Assembly: GCA_001938485.1 (NCBI GenBank)
Contig: MQRK01215992.1
Span: 1 to 64,000, forward strand
Direction of reading: 5' to 3'
Source: Girardia tigrina
Lineage: Eukaryota
DNA length: 64,000 nt
Positions within the stretch are counted from its first letter, which is position 1. Each line of letters starts with the position of its first letter. Both the position numbers and the translations under genes were made by a program. This document shows, one piece after another, positions 24,261 to 38,980 of the stretch. The notes below the pieces were generated by a model. The model was not told the DNA's origin, did not search any database, and saw nothing but the letters and a program-made list of their open reading frames with translations.

Positions 24261-27200
24261 AATCAACAATACCTTCAGCTCTACCCTTAATGCTTTGAGT
24301 TTAGCTCCATAAAAACAACAAATGACGACTACAACCCTAGCAAGGATCAGGCATGACAATGTGGCATTCATTGTTGAACAAATTGATATAAAGACGCGCC
24401 TTGGTACAAACGCTTTTGGAGCTTTAGATATTATTTTTAGGTTATCATATAGATATATTCTCAATTACACTAATAATTTCTGTGGTCATTTTTTTCTAAC
24501 AGGAACTCAGCATTCTTTTTAAAAGTGATGGTTTTTTTAAAGACTGCATCAGGGAAAAGCTTTTGATAGAAACATCATAACAAAAGTCACCTGCAAAAAA
24601 ACCTGAGTGAGGTCTTTTCTTATTCAGTTGTGTCACCTCTCGATTATAATGAAAGAAGAGTAATTAGGAGAACCAATAGAAAGTTTCATTCAAATGACAT
24701 AGGTTTTTTTTTCCAATTTACCACGCAAATGACGACTGCTCTTGAGGGAAATTATATATATCATATCCATAATTTTTAGTCAACCTATTTCCGAAGAAAG
24801 AACATTTTTCAGAAAGAATATTTTCGTGTCTTCGGTGCATCAAGAAAAAGGCATGACGTCGAAGCACTAGGACTCAGGAACGGTTGTCACATTTGGCTGT
24901 ACAAAATATGCACTCGGATAGAGTTTAAAGACTGATGTTGAAAGAAGTTATAGAGAAATTCATTTTACGAACATCAGAGAGACGATCTGTGTTTGAGAGT
25001 AAATAGAAACAGTTTTCCTGTTTTAAAACAAATGAATTTCTGAGTGTCGGTCATCATAAGATGGGAAAATGTTAATAGTGAGTTTTTCACATTTATTTTA
25101 AACCGTTATTATCTTTGAAATAAGGTAAAAATTAGTCTTATAAGGGCATTTCAGGAATAACAGTTTAGAAAGTCCATCTGACCGAAATTCCGTCTGTCAT
25201 TTTCATCCTTACGCAGAATGTCCCCTTTGAGACAGAAGTGGCCTTTAATCTGGAGATTGTTCATCATACGGTATTTCTGTCTTGAGAAGAAAGAGCAAGA
25301 GACCTTTATGAAGGGAGCGTTTTCTCTCGTTACATCAGGTCACTTGCCCCTCTGTCGCAAAAACGTTTCCAGGCCCCTATGATGTGGAATACCGGTCAGA
25401 ATCCGGATTTTACAGACACTTTCAAGTTTTTAACACGTACAGTAGTTAAAATCCCGACTTTACTTCACTGTTTATTTCACAAATTTTGAAAAATCGGTTT
25501 ACCCTGAAGTAGAAATTAAACGTTATATACAAAATTTTTCATTTCAGTCATACCTTACAATGCATATTTAATATTTATATAATATATGCATCTATGACAA
25601 AACACATTCATCAATATTGATAAATCATCAATTGTATAAAATTTTTTAATCTCTATTTATTGCATTTTTTATTTTATTTATTATTAAAAAAATGTTTTTA
25701 CTACTATGATAGATTAAAATAAGTATTAAATATTGCTTCTAGATTAAGAAAATAATAATGTAAAAATACAGTCTTATGTTTCAAGAGAATTAACTTTTTT
25801 AAAAAATCTTTTAACTTTACATTAAATTATAATTTCGATGATAGTAGTAAAAATGAAAATAAATATCAAATAATAATATTTAAAATAATATTTAAAGATG
25901 AAAAAAGTAAAGTGAAACAAAATTACAATATATAATATTAAAATTATAAATATAAGTTTTGTAAAATTTATGTATTATAAAGTTTGTGATTATAAAAAAA
26001 ATATTATTTTATTAAAATAAAATATTTTTATTTATAACTGAGACAAATATTATCATTTAATATAATTATAAAAAAAATTTTATCAATTTTTCCTTATTTT
26101 CCAAATTAAAATATTGTATTTGCGTTTCCGATCAATATCAGGGAAACGTAAAATTATTCTTCGTAAAATATATTCTTTATCCTTATCATTAAAGCATTGA
26201 AATAATAAAACCGCATAAATTATTGAAAAATAAAATATAATTAAATGTAAGTTGCAAACAAATAAAATTAGATTTTATTCTTAAAATTCATTGAAACATC
26301 AGATAAAAAATGAGACAAAATCGAAATATTTTTTCTTTTTGATAAGTGTTTTTAATTTTGCAAAAAAAATAATTTTAAAACGTAAATTATTTTTTTAGAA
26401 AAAAAAATTTACGAAAGAAAATGTATATTTTTGATTTTTATATGATTTAATTATTTTTAAATTTATTTTTATTAATTTAATTAAAATTTAAATTCTTATT
26501 TTCGTAAAAAATAGATTTTTTATAATTTATAAAGAAATTTTGAAATTTATTGTTAACGAAATTTATTTAATAAAGTAATATTTAAACTTAATAATATATT
26601 TTATATTTATTACTAAACGTAATTTGAAACGCTCTTTAATAAAATACGAATGAAATGAGAATTTTATGATTATTTATTTATTGTGAAATTTATTACTCAA
26701 CTATTTGAGATATTTAATATTGTTTGTTTTAATAAATACTTAAATATTTATTTAACCTATTATTTTAAATTCATTTACATTAAAATAATTTTAATAATTT
26801 TAAAATATTTCTTTTGAAATTGTAATTAAAATTCATAATTTAATTAAATAAATTAAAAAGTTATTTTTTCTTAAATTTTAAATTATTTATTACTTCGTCT
26901 TTTGATTATTAAAATAATAAAAACTACATTTATTTTTAAATTTTTTTTGTTAATATTTGTTTGCGTCAAATAAATTTAATTTTCATGAAAGAAAAATAAT
27001 TATATTTCAAAAAAAATATTATTTTTGGTTTTTTTTTAAAAAAGATTTTATGCAAATTAATTTTTTTAATTGAGATCTCTTTTTTAAAAATTAAATTCTA
27101 ATTGCCCTGTAAAATGTGTTGTTAGGGATAAATGGGATTCATTATAGTATCAATTGTGAACAGATTTGCCAGAATTATTCCAACAGGAAATATAATTCGA

Positions 27201-27482
27201 TCAGCTGAAATAAATTTCTTTTTTCTGTTGACTTTTTTGGAGAGTTTTATTCCCGAGAAAACTGAAATAATTTTAATATTTATTTTTATAGTTTATTTTA
27301 TAAAAAATATTATTTTTCATTCAATTATTAATTAATTAGTTTATAATTGACTGAAAAATTTATTTTTAAACCTTAAACTGTTTTAACTATAATAATTATT
27401 GCTATTAAAAATAGTAAATAATAATATAAAGAACATATATTTCTGGTTTTCTATCGTTTATTTTTTAATTAAAAAATCTTAA

Positions 27483-27519
<37 letters not shown>

Positions 27520-27524
<5 letters not shown>

Positions 27525-28664
27525 AAGTTCCTTTTTACCGCCAAAAATGGGAATTTACGAAAATTTGGCGATTAATAAAAACTTAAAAATAAAATAAAGA
27601 CGTCGGAAAGCCGACAAAATCGACCGAAAACCATGTAGGCCATTATTAATTGTCCTCTATCAACCGGAAAAAATTTGATTTTTCTCCATTTCCCATAGAA
27701 AGAAATAGAAATCAACCTTCAATTTTGTGAAACATCTTTTTTTTAAAAACTGGTGGTTAAAAGGAACTTTTCTGTAATTAAAAAATTAACAAATCTTTAA
27801 AATCTGAATGCTTCGGAGATGTCTCGATCCTGGATCATTGTTTTCATCAATCTTCATCACACCAATCTCACACATACCAGAATCATTTAACGAGCTCTGG
27901 TTGACAAGTGTCAAACCTGTACTGAGCCCTATTTTAAAATTCTTTTTAAAAAATGGCGACTGGTGTCGCGCTGCGCATCCAATCAATAATTTTAGTCCTC
28001 AAGAGGACTTTTTCTCGTTCTCTTTCTTTGGCATACATAAGGGAATTCTGTACTGAGGACAGCGAACATAAATTCTTGAAAATCCGNNNNNNNNNNNNNN
28101 NNNNNNNNNNNNNNNNNNNNNNNNNNNNNNNNNNNACAACGGAATTAATCAAGTTTAAATGCTTTCGCCAGTCTTTTGGTGATATAAAACTGATAAATAG
28201 TTTTTCTTTGGAGATTGATTGAAAATTATCCGATTTAACGGATTCATTGTTCATTAATTCGGTTTTACCCAAAATCATTGAAATCCAACAAAATCGGAAA
28301 CTATATATTTAAAAAACTGTGCGGTGATTCCGCTATTATTTAAACAAAAACAACCTTTTTCATTATATAAATTATATATACACGTACATTTATATATATT
28401 TATATATTTTTTCTTCATACTTAAAAATAGTGTTTTATTGGAAGTATTTACAATAGAAATTTAAATTTTGATTTTACTCAATTTTTATTAACTAAAATTT
28501 GTAATTAATTAATTTATTTAATTTATTTTTAAAGCATATTTCTTTAATTAATTTTGCTTAAGTTCGATCAAGATGTCAATTATTTCAACCAGCGACTGAT
28601 AGGAACTTTTTATGTAACATTGAGAAAAATCAGATTTTTTTGGCAGTGAAGAGGAACTTTACTG
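27520..28664. mobile_element. Non-autonomous Tc1/mariner-superfamily (pogo-like) TIR element inserted in (TA)n
   Basis: TIRs (T/C)AGTAAAGTTCCT(T/C)TT(T/C)AC(C/T)GCCAAAAA at both ends, with (TA)n tracts on both flanks. Confidence 0.8.
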
Positions 28665-29059
28665 TATATATATATATATGACCGTCAAAATCTATTTCTT
28701 AAATCCTTGATCCTAGGATTTTAATTTTTTCTTGATGAAACATGAACTCAGATTCATTTTTTTGGATATTTAATAAAAATTAGATTATTCTTTTTAAAAT
28801 CTTAAAAATTCCAAAGACATCTGATAAATTATTTTTGTGAGAAAAATATTGAAATAATATTTCGAGGTATTTCATTAATAAATATATGAATTTAAAATTA
28901 TATTTCAATAAATACATTTAGTCTAATGTACATTTTGGATTGAAGATCGATTCAAAACTGCACCTTATTTTGCAACATAAATCAATATATCGCTACTGGA
29001 GCATATGATTATAATATATATTTAATTAAGCACTTTTTAAAAGTTTATCGTTGAACATG

Positions 29060-30345
29060 TTTCAATCAGGATATTTGGCATGAATTAATGAACCATCAAG
29101 TAGCATTAGATGAAAGTTCTAAAGAAAAAAATGCGTTTTGCACAAGAACACAACAGTATTGTTTTAACCGTGTACCATTTGGACTTTCAACAGCACCAGG
29201 AACGTTTCAAAGAATAATGAATTCATTATCTGAAGATTTGCTATTCTCTGGAGTAGTAATTTACCTAGATGATGCCTTAATTTACTCAAAATCAATGATG
29301 GATCATATAAGACTATAAGAAGAAGTACTGAATAGACTGAAGAAAGCAGGTTTAAATGTCAATTCAGGGAAATGCAAGTTCGGAGTGGGGGAACTGGTAT
29401 TTCTGGGGCATACAATTTACGAAGAAGGTATCTCAACAAATAAATTGAAATTGACAGAAATTCAAAATTTTCCGATTCCAAAGCGTATTCGAAATTTACG
29501 AGCATTTTTATGTCTGTGTAACTACTATCGACGGTTTATCAAGAATTACGCAGAATTAGCAGCACCTATGCACAGTGCATGTAGCGGAAAATGTAAAGAA
29601 ATATTTAGGTCAGACGAGTGCGACAGAAGTTTTAACGAGTTGAAGTAAAGGCTATGTGGTGCACCAATATTGACATATGTGAACCCGAATAATAATTCCA
29701 TCTTAGCTACAGAGATGCATTATTCGGATCGATAGGAGCAGTTCTAAGTCATATCAAAAGAGAAAGAAGTATTAATCGAGTATGCATCGAGGACTTTAAC
29801 CACACATGAAAAAGGGTACTGTGTGACAAGAAAGGAATTATTAACTCTACAAGAGCTCTTGTTAAATTTTAAGCAAGTTACAATTTATATGGAAAGCGAT
29901 TTAAAGCAAGAACTGATCATAAAGCACTGGTATGTATGAAGAGCACTTCCAAACCAATAACTCCTCAATTCCAGACATCGTTAGCAAACATGGTAGATTT
30001 GGACTTTGATTTGAAGTAAATATAAGGTGACGAACATGGAAATGCAGATGAATTATCACATCTGTGCACAATGTGAAACAGAACACGAAGAACCAAAATC
30101 AACAAAAGCAATGACGAAACATATCAATACAGTGGTGATTCAGTCTACAATTCAATGGATAAAAGACGAACAAGAAAAGTGCTCAAAGTTAAACCAGTTG
30201 AAACAAATACAGGATATGACAGAGGGTAAAAAGAATAAAATCACCAAGGAGTTATTGCAACTAAAGGACCAATTAGTGTATCAGAATAAGTTATGGGGTA
30301 GGCAAGAAGGAAAATGTTTGTTACCATTGGTTCCGAAGCAAATGC
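29060..30345 (+). mobile_element. Decayed Ty3/Gypsy pol (RT-RNaseH)
   Basis: RVPFGLSTAPGTFQRIM, IYLDD, FLGH, LCNYYRRFIKNYA, IGAVLS, EKGYCVTRKELL and RTDHKAL. Confidence 0.92.
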
Positions 30346-30910
30346 TAATGCTTTTGACAGATGTGTCAAAATTTAAAATTTTCGGAAATAAGCGAAGACA
30401 ATTTATTCGTAGAAAACCAGGTTATCGTTAAACATCTAACTGTTTTTCACAAACAGCGAAACCAAGTGGATGTATTGGAAATGATTTAGCTATCATGGTG
30501 TTGGTACATTAGTCAAAGTGAATGGAATAATGAAAAAATAAAAATATCATTAAATACTTGTACGTGGTGCTTTTCCCCAAGGTATCGATTTAATTGGTTA
30601 CAGTTTCTTTTTTCCGCCAGATAATGATCCAAAAAATTTAAGTTATGTCAAAGATATTTGAAGTCAAAAGTGTATGATGCAGTGGTAAGAATAATGAAGT
30701 TACCACCTCAATCACCCAATGTCAATGTCATTGAATTACTATAGGATGAGTTCGGTCGTCCAGTCAAAATGATAAGACCATTAAGTGAATTTCATTCGTG
30801 ACAATGTTTACAAAACGTATGGAACTATCTTTAAACAGAAAAACTTCAAAAACTTGTTTAAAGAATGTAAAAAAAATATGTAAGGTCATCATTAAAGCAA
30901 AGTGGTTATT
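30346..30910 (+). mobile_element. Decayed Tc1 transposase fragment abutting the Gypsy
   Basis: TDVSKFKIFGNKRRQFIRRKPG, DNDPK and PPQSPNVNVIE. Confidence 0.85.
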
Positions 30911-31681
30911 AAATCACATTTTAATGTTTTTTAAATCAAAACAAATGTTTTAAATATTTAACTAAATTTATTTTTAAAAATATTAATTTAATTTATACTT
31001 TTAAAAATTTATTGTAAAATTATACATAACATATCAAATTTTTTAATGAAATTCAATTTATGATCAATTTCAAAATAAAATCTAAAATTAAAATTAGAGA
31101 CCCAATTGCAAATGAGCACGCAATATTCAAACACAAAACATCAAACATTATAAACATTCCTCACTAAGACCAAGACACTTATTTATGAAATGGTCCTTCT
31201 GTCCTGGAATTGTGCTATGCAAATACTCTTTTCTGAGTTGTCAAGTTTCCAAATAAAATTTTCAGATTTATTATTTTTTTATTTTTAAGGTTGTAAAATG
31301 TCTAACATCTCAAAAAAGCCTTAAAAGTGATCGAAAACTCTCAAATGCAAATCAGATACCGAGAAACTAATTATTTTATTACTTGAATTCATCTTTTAAA
31401 ATATTAAATAATTAAATTTTAAGAAACAAAATTAAAATTTAGTAAAACTTTAAATATATAAAATTAAAATTAGAAAATTAACAAAAAATATTTATAATGT
31501 TATTAAGAATTTTTTGTAAGGTTATTTTAATTTAAAATTATGGAAACGAATTTTTATTTTTGTGTTATATTATATAAACATGAGAAGTTAATTAATTTAA
31601 ATTAGTTATAAAAATGAAATTATTAAATATTTTTAAAGTAATTAAATAGGTCTAAATTTCAAAATTAAAATGGTTAAATTC

Positions 31682-31712
<31 letters not shown>

Positions 31713-32464
31713 TCAAAAAGATGTACCTTAGTTTATTGCTTGCGATGGAAATTACTTTGATGATTAAGTGACTTCTTGTTTTATTTTTATTTTTAAAAAT
31801 CATTCAAAACTTTCTTATCAACCTAATATTTATTTATCTTTTGTTTTTATAAGTTGAAGAGTTAATGAGACTCATTTAAAATCTAATTTTATAATCTTGA
31901 TTTATCTGATTTTTTTGTTTAAATTGATTGGAGTATGGTATGAAATGAATAATATTCATTCAGTAATTCTTCTTTCAATTAAATTAATTATATAAGAAGA
32001 TTAAATTTCAATTAAAGTAAGAAAAACATTTTCATTAATTATCACTAACAGATAGATAAAACATAATCCCAACAAAACTTTTTGAGTTCTTTCATGTTGT
32101 TTTAATGAATTTTTGTAAAAAAAAACGTTTTTGTTTTAATCTGAATAAAAAGATAATAAAATAAAAATATGTTTTCATAAATTTGTTTTAAAAATGTAAA
32201 TATTTTCTGACAACGATGAAAAAAATAATAATTATTAAAAATTTTATTGTTTTGTGTATATTGATTTGAAAAATTAAAAATTAATATTTGAGACAATAAA
32301 TAAAATAAACTTCTCAAAGTAAAATTTTATTTATTAATTCTTATTTACATTTCCAAAATATTTAATGAGATGAAACAATTAATTTATGTAGTTCAAATTG
32401 TGTTTTTTTTAAAAATAAATAATTATAATTAAGAAATTTTAAAAATAATGAAAATATTTTACAA

Positions 32465-32700
32465 CTAGAAAAGACACGTCTTTGAAAGTTTCTGTTTTAA
32501 TTTTTAAATTTTAATTATAATAATTTATTATTTATTGTTTCGAATTCTGTGTTTATTTAACAGTCACTCATTTAAGTCGGCTCCCCGTGTCTTTCGACAA
32601 AGGCGCTGCACAGACAGTACCGATTTGATGTGGGCTATGCAGACTAACCTCAACATTACGCGGATTTACTACCTGTTCCTACACCATTTCGTATTTTATC

Positions 32701-32735
<35 letters not shown>
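32465..32735 (-). mobile_element. Non-autonomous Helitron-like element (same family as 40433)
   Basis: CTAG end plus shared GTCTTTGAAAGTTTCTGTTTTAATTTTTAAAT; the hairpin segment is deleted. It terminates in (TA)n. Confidence 0.55.
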
Positions 32736-32740
<5 letters not shown>

Positions 32741-35700
32741 ATGAGAGTAAAATTTGAGCTTGACCGACAAATCACGATTCAGATGAAAACAAATTTTATA
32801 CTAAATTGATTTTTAACAATATAATTAGTAAATAAATGATAGAAATCATCATTTATCAATTGAATTAATATGTTATTTGTACCGTTTAATCCACTCTTTG
32901 GGAGAACGCACAGATAATTCAAATTGGGTTGTCAGTGGCCGTCATGCAAATATTTTGCTAAAGTTTTTTCTAGAAAGGTTGCTGCACTCGCCAACTAATT
33001 CCTCAATTTAACGCTCCGACTCAAAGCATGAGCCAATAACAGTTCATATGCTTCAAATGCAGTTGCAACGACTCTGTACTTACATCAGTGACAAACCAAT
33101 CGTTAAATAATGTAAATTGTACTTGCAACACTTGTCAAAAAAATAATCCTTTTTTATCTTTTCCCAAGCAACTTTCGTCAACTATAACATCGATTATCAA
33201 TTCTACATAACATATGATCTTATTTATTTTATCAATTTATCTTTCAACTGACGCGGAATTGCCGTTAAAAAAGTTAATACGTTGATATTCCTGATTTATA
33301 TACTGAATTTATTATGTGCTTTTTGTCGTAGAACATTAATTAATCCGTATCTTTACGTTCTAACTTTCTGATGTATGATACCGAATCGTTTAATTTTTAT
33401 AAGTGTTTCATATATCATTGTATTTTTGATAAATTGTAAATGTAAAAAGAAATTATCACAAAAAATTAATTAATAAAATTAAAAAATTAAAAAAAAATCT
33501 ATATAGTAAAGAAACAGTCTTAAAACACTATAAATGTAAAAAATTGTGACATGATTCTTTTCGTGTAAAGTGGTGAAATTTGGAAACTGGGATTTTGCGT
33601 ACGTGATTTGACGGTGTAAATTTTGATAAAAGCCTATGAGTTATGTTAATAAAAGCCAGTGTAAAACTTGATAATAAAAGCGCGATGAAAATTGTTAATA
33701 AAGAATTTATTCTATTATTGTCTGAAATAATTTCAAACTACCTAAATGACATTGTAATTTTGCCGAAAGATGTTTATTGGTATGCGTCTACAGGGCGCTC
33801 TATCTGAAATTCTGAGTGAGTGTCAAATATCTGAGTATTTATCTGACACTATCATGAATAAATTCGATAAGGAAATCTAGCGAGCTTTATTGATGAAAAT
33901 GAAGTACGACTTTAATATCAATGACAATTTGCTCTCTTATCGAATTCGTGACAATGTTTGGACATTATTGTTTCCCAATTTCAAATTGATCGATGGTAAC
34001 TTGAAAGGTAATCGCTGATAAGGTTAAAATCGCTTTTGTAGCCAATCGATCAAGTAAAATCAGATGTCTGGTTGAGGAAAAGGAAGATTTGATGCGTCAG
34101 GTGAACAAGTGCGCACCCCCTCTCGCAACCAATAAGTATTTCTAAAAATATTCTTACGAAATTCCTTGTAGGAACATCCACATCGGCATTATTAAAATTC
34201 GGTGTTGATTTAACAATTTAACGACCTTCACGGTTTATGGTCGATTTCATCGACTTATCGACGTCTATCGGCAAAGGCTCTACATTGACAGAACCGTCTT
34301 TATACTGGCTATCCGATTTGAACACGTCTTTGCTTGAATTCGCTAGTGTTCCTCCGTAATTTTACATTTTGATCATAGCGTGACAGATAAACAAACAAAG
34401 ACACATTTTAGTTAAATATTATTTTACTATTAAAGTATATTATGTAATAAACCAATTTTAAATATTATATATTCTTTGTAAAATATCTTAGCATTTTTTC
34501 TGCAATCTTCAGACATTCTTTTTATACCTTAAATGTTACAATGATGGTTGTATAATCATTCAATGTTTAAAGATTCCAAACATAATTGAAAATAAACTTG
34601 TTCGAGTTGTTTATACAAAACGTTCATACAAAATTGTTTAATCAATTTTGATTTGATTTGCAAGATTTTACATTTTGAATTTGAAATAGAACTGTTAAAA
34701 TGTTTTGAAATTATGTCTTTTTTCTTTACAATTGGAAGACAAACTTTTTTATACTTTCTTTTGATCTGATTGAAAACAAGTTAATGAGTTCAGTTAGAGA
34801 TTAAAATCTAATGAAAATTGAAAAATGTATTTGATTAAAAAATGTTCTTTTGTTCAAAATCTGTTAAGGTATTAATGATTAATAGAGGCATTGGACCAAT
34901 TGATTACAATCACCGAATGAAGACATCTTACATTTAGATATATACGGTGAAAGACCGCAAATAGATAACAGATAAAGTGAAAGTTAAAAGAACATTTTAT
35001 GTTTTTTCTCAGTTTTAGAAGAAGAGTAGACTCAGCAAAACAACTGTTGAATTTTGGAACTTTAGGTCACAACTGGTCTTTCGTACGTGGTAAACTAAAA
35101 TATGCCGGTTCTTTTCAAAATCAAAACACTTCCTTTATAACAGTACGGAACAATCATAGCTAATTTTGTATCTGATTTAAAAGTTTTACAATGAACACAG
35201 TTTGTTGTTCAATATATCCTTTGCGCTAATGCTGCTAGGACAAATATACCTGCAGTAAGGAAAGCAAAATGTTGCCTAAAAATTATGATATTGTAAGAAT
35301 ATTATTTATAAGATAATATTGTTCTTTTTGATTGAGGTTATTCGAAATTTCAAATAATTCGATAATTAAATAATTGAAGTACTAAGTTGAAAATTTAAGT
35401 AATATTTTTTAAGTAATTTAATATATATATATAGAAAATAAATAAAATGTTTCTGAAAATTTGTGAAGCATAAAACTATTAAACGTGTATGTGAGGAATA
35501 TTTTGAATTGTTTGAATGTGTAAATGTATTGATGCTGTATGTTGATTTAAGTATGTTGAATTTAGAATGGTGATTCTCCCACCCAGATGGAAATTGGTAT
35601 TTTTTTATTAAGTTTAAAGTGATTGACTATTCGAACATAATTAAAATAATCATTTGATAAGTCTTTTAATTCATCTTTAATTTCAGAATTAAAATTAAGT

Positions 35701-35903
35701 TTAATAATTTTTAGTAAAATTTAAATTAAATGCATTTTTAATAATTTTATGTCATTTTTATTATTTTGGGATTTATTGAAAAATGGTAAAAATTAATATT
35801 TTTAATTAATAATTTTTAGAGGATAAATATTTTAAAAAATAACTTAGAAAAATTGTTCGAATAATCATGATTAAAAATAGAAATAAGGAAACCAATTAGA
35901 ACG

Positions 35904-37940
35904 ATGGCAAACGATGAAAGACTTTCTGAGAGTCATAATGACTCTAAATGTGATTGTAATAAAAATTCAAAGGAGACTTGTCTAAATGTTCTTAATAGTG
36001 TAATTTTTAAATTATAAAATATTAATAAAAAATCAAGTTATATAAATTTTTTATTACTAATAAAATCAAAATAGAAATATTTGAGATTGAGTTATTTTTA
36101 AATAACAGCAACAAGTTATCGATTTTCATTACAAGTGCCAGTTCTGTGAATCTCCATTGATAAGACACTTCATTCCGTCAATTAGCGTTCAGGATGAAAA
36201 AAATGAAACATTAAACAGTTCTAAAAAATATATTATTAAAAGAATGTTTAATTATTATGGAAGAAAATTTACTTTATTTAATTTTATTTGTAACAGAATT
36301 TTGAAATAATTTATACTCAAGTTATATTTTTAATGGAGCATAAATGATTTCAAAATTCTGTGCAAGCATTTCATAATTTATGTGAAGCTTTATAAATAAT
36401 ATCTCGCGGTCCTAAAATCAATGTTCAAACGGAATTTTCAACCAATTTGTAAAGAGTTCTAGATTAATGAATAACATAGTAGATTATACAATCGTTCATT
36501 CCACATTTATAAAAGATAGCCAAAAATTAGTAATCTGAAGATGACGATAAAACCGTTGAAATATGTTATTATAAAATGTATTTTGAAATGGCGTTTTTTT
36601 CAGTTTTTTTAATTTAAATTTATTCACAGTTATTAATAAAGTTTTTTATTTGACATGAAGTCAATAAATTGAGGGGATGGAATAAATTTGATAAGTTTTA
36701 TTTCAGAGATTGATTATTTGTCGTCAATTGTAATTATTGTCAAGTATCTCCTTAACCCTTTGTATGGTTCGGAATGATTGAGCGAATAATTCCTTTTATC
36801 AAATGCGAATTAAGTAAAAAGAATGGAATTGATCACAGTAAAATTTTTCACTTAATTTTTAAGATGAAAAATTAACCATTTTATTCAATAGATATTTTTA
36901 CATATATTTATTGTAATTTATTAGTTTGTCGTTTTTATTATTATTATTTTCATTATTTTTTTATTAATATTATTTTATTATTATTAATGTTATCTAATAG
37001 TTTTAACCATTTTATAAAGATTATTATAATGTATTGTTTGTCAACAAATAACTTGTTCCTATGGTCTAAATGCTTGCATAAAAATGTATTACTACAAAAT
37101 CTTTATATTTTCAAAGTCAATTATAATAATTGTTTGGTTTATTATTTAATTTAAAATAAATATTATAATTCAGTATTCGAAAATCACAAAAATAGTTGTT
37201 TTCTGAAAAATGAAAAAGCAGCAGAAGATTGTTCGACGAAGCGTAAAGTAGCATCAGAACTTGGTATACAGTTTTTGAACTCAAATAGCAGTATAAATAA
37301 AAACCAACCCTACCATATCAATGTACAGATGGTTTTAGTCAGTTATGAATGTTGGTAGGTAGTTTATTTTTTCCTTAAATTTATGTTTATTTTTTTGTAT
37401 ATTTGTATCGTAAAAGTTTTAAGTAGGGAACTTCTAAGTGATGGTGCAAAGTTTTAATAACTGTAAGGGTTTCAAAATGTATTTTATACATTTTGATTAA
37501 ATTTATAATAGATTAAGCAGTGTAATAAGATCGCATATATTGTACTAGAAAAGGTTTTAAGATCATTTTAAAATGAAAAACCAATGTATTCGAAAATAAC
37601 AAATGTTTAATATTACGGTAAAAGTGTGCAATGGTGGTAACAATTAATAAAAATATTAATATAAATATAACCTGAAAGCATTTAGTATTTTGTCAAGTAA
37701 CCACAATTTTTTATTACATTTTCAGCTATTATTTATTGAACTAATTTTGAACAATACGACAAAAATTCACGTTTGTTCTAAGCAATTATAAATATGTAAA
37801 ATATTTTAAAATATATTAAGAATTATTGAAAATTCTTGAAAATCTTACTGAAGTTATCATAAAGTTGTGAGTCTCGATGAAGAATCTTTAACCCCATTTA
37901 ACAAGGCTTTTTATGTTCTCTTTAGAAGCATTTCAGATTG
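35904..37940 (+). pseudogene. Multi-exon gene remnant, product unknown
   Basis: ATG exon 35904-35999 splices in phase 0 to 36109 (QQVIDFHYKCQFCESPLIRHF). An open 181-nt AG/GT-bounded block lies at 37174-37354. Other blocks carry stops and a broken donor. Confidence 0.45.
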
Positions 37941-38799
37941 GTTTATATTACTTTTTATCCAAAAAAAATAATATTTATCAAAAAATTCTAATTACAAATG
38001 TCTACAACAGAATTTTAACAATATGACATGGAATAAAAATTAGTACATTAAAAGATATTATTTTTCAACATTAATTGACAAAAACTAAACCAAAAATATG
38101 TTTTTAATAAAAAATAAAATATTTCTTTCTTAAAACTTTTATTCTCTGTTTTATATGTAAAATTTCCATGGCAAGTAAATAAATCTTAGTGAAATTTAGG
38201 AACAATTAATTATGTACTACCCAAATGGAAATGAAACAAACCTTATCCGTTTTATAAATTTTTATTGTTTTTGTAATAACCTCACAGTAACACTCATAAT
38301 TATCAACCAAGATAATTTTATTTTTTTATCTCATGTAAATGTATTTGGTTTTTGGTATGAGTCTGACGACCTTTTGTTTTTATGTAATTGATATTTTTCT
38401 TCTTCTTTTGTGATAAAAAAACATTCAGTTTAATCAAACACAATACATTCAAATATTAAACGCCTTTCTGTTATATAATAGAGTTCGGTCATTTAATGAT
38501 GAAATTTGTAGATTATTTTATTTTATTTTTTTGTATTTTTATTATTTTATTTTTGATTCTGGTGGAAGAAGAAAAAGAAAATATAAAGAAGTAAAGATAA
38601 AGAAAAGAAGATGATTACGATAATTTAATTAAAGAAGGTCAAGAAAGAAGAAGAAGATAAAGAATATAATTATATAAGAATACAATTATATCGTCATAGA
38701 ATCATTATTTTATAATTATGATTTCCATTTGAATATTTAAATTCAAATCGAAATAAATTTAGAATTAATAATTTAATATTTGAAATAACCGAACGACGA

Positions 38800-38980
38800 T
38801 AATCAGAAAGAATAATTTCGCCATTCGCTGACTAACCAGCCAACTCCTTAATTATCCGCGATTTGACAATTTCTGACTATTTCATTGCCTTTCATTTTTG
38901 ACTAATTCCTGTGATATTTTTATTTTTTTTTATTCGTGACAATCACTTAACGTTAGACTAACGTTTTGACTAACCAATAC
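38800..38980. mobile_element. One end of a Mutator/foldback-like element
   Basis: Repeated (T/C)TGACTAA(C/T) units ending ...CAATACC. Confidence 0.4.

Noticed and set aside
27160-27215. Histone H2A or Cys-loop M4 similarity of RIIFPVG
   Set aside because: The match covers only a few residues and the flanking conserved positions are absent.
30027-30431. Novel 134-aa Gypsy-Tc1 fusion protein
   Set aside because: Chance in-frame junction of two decayed elements.
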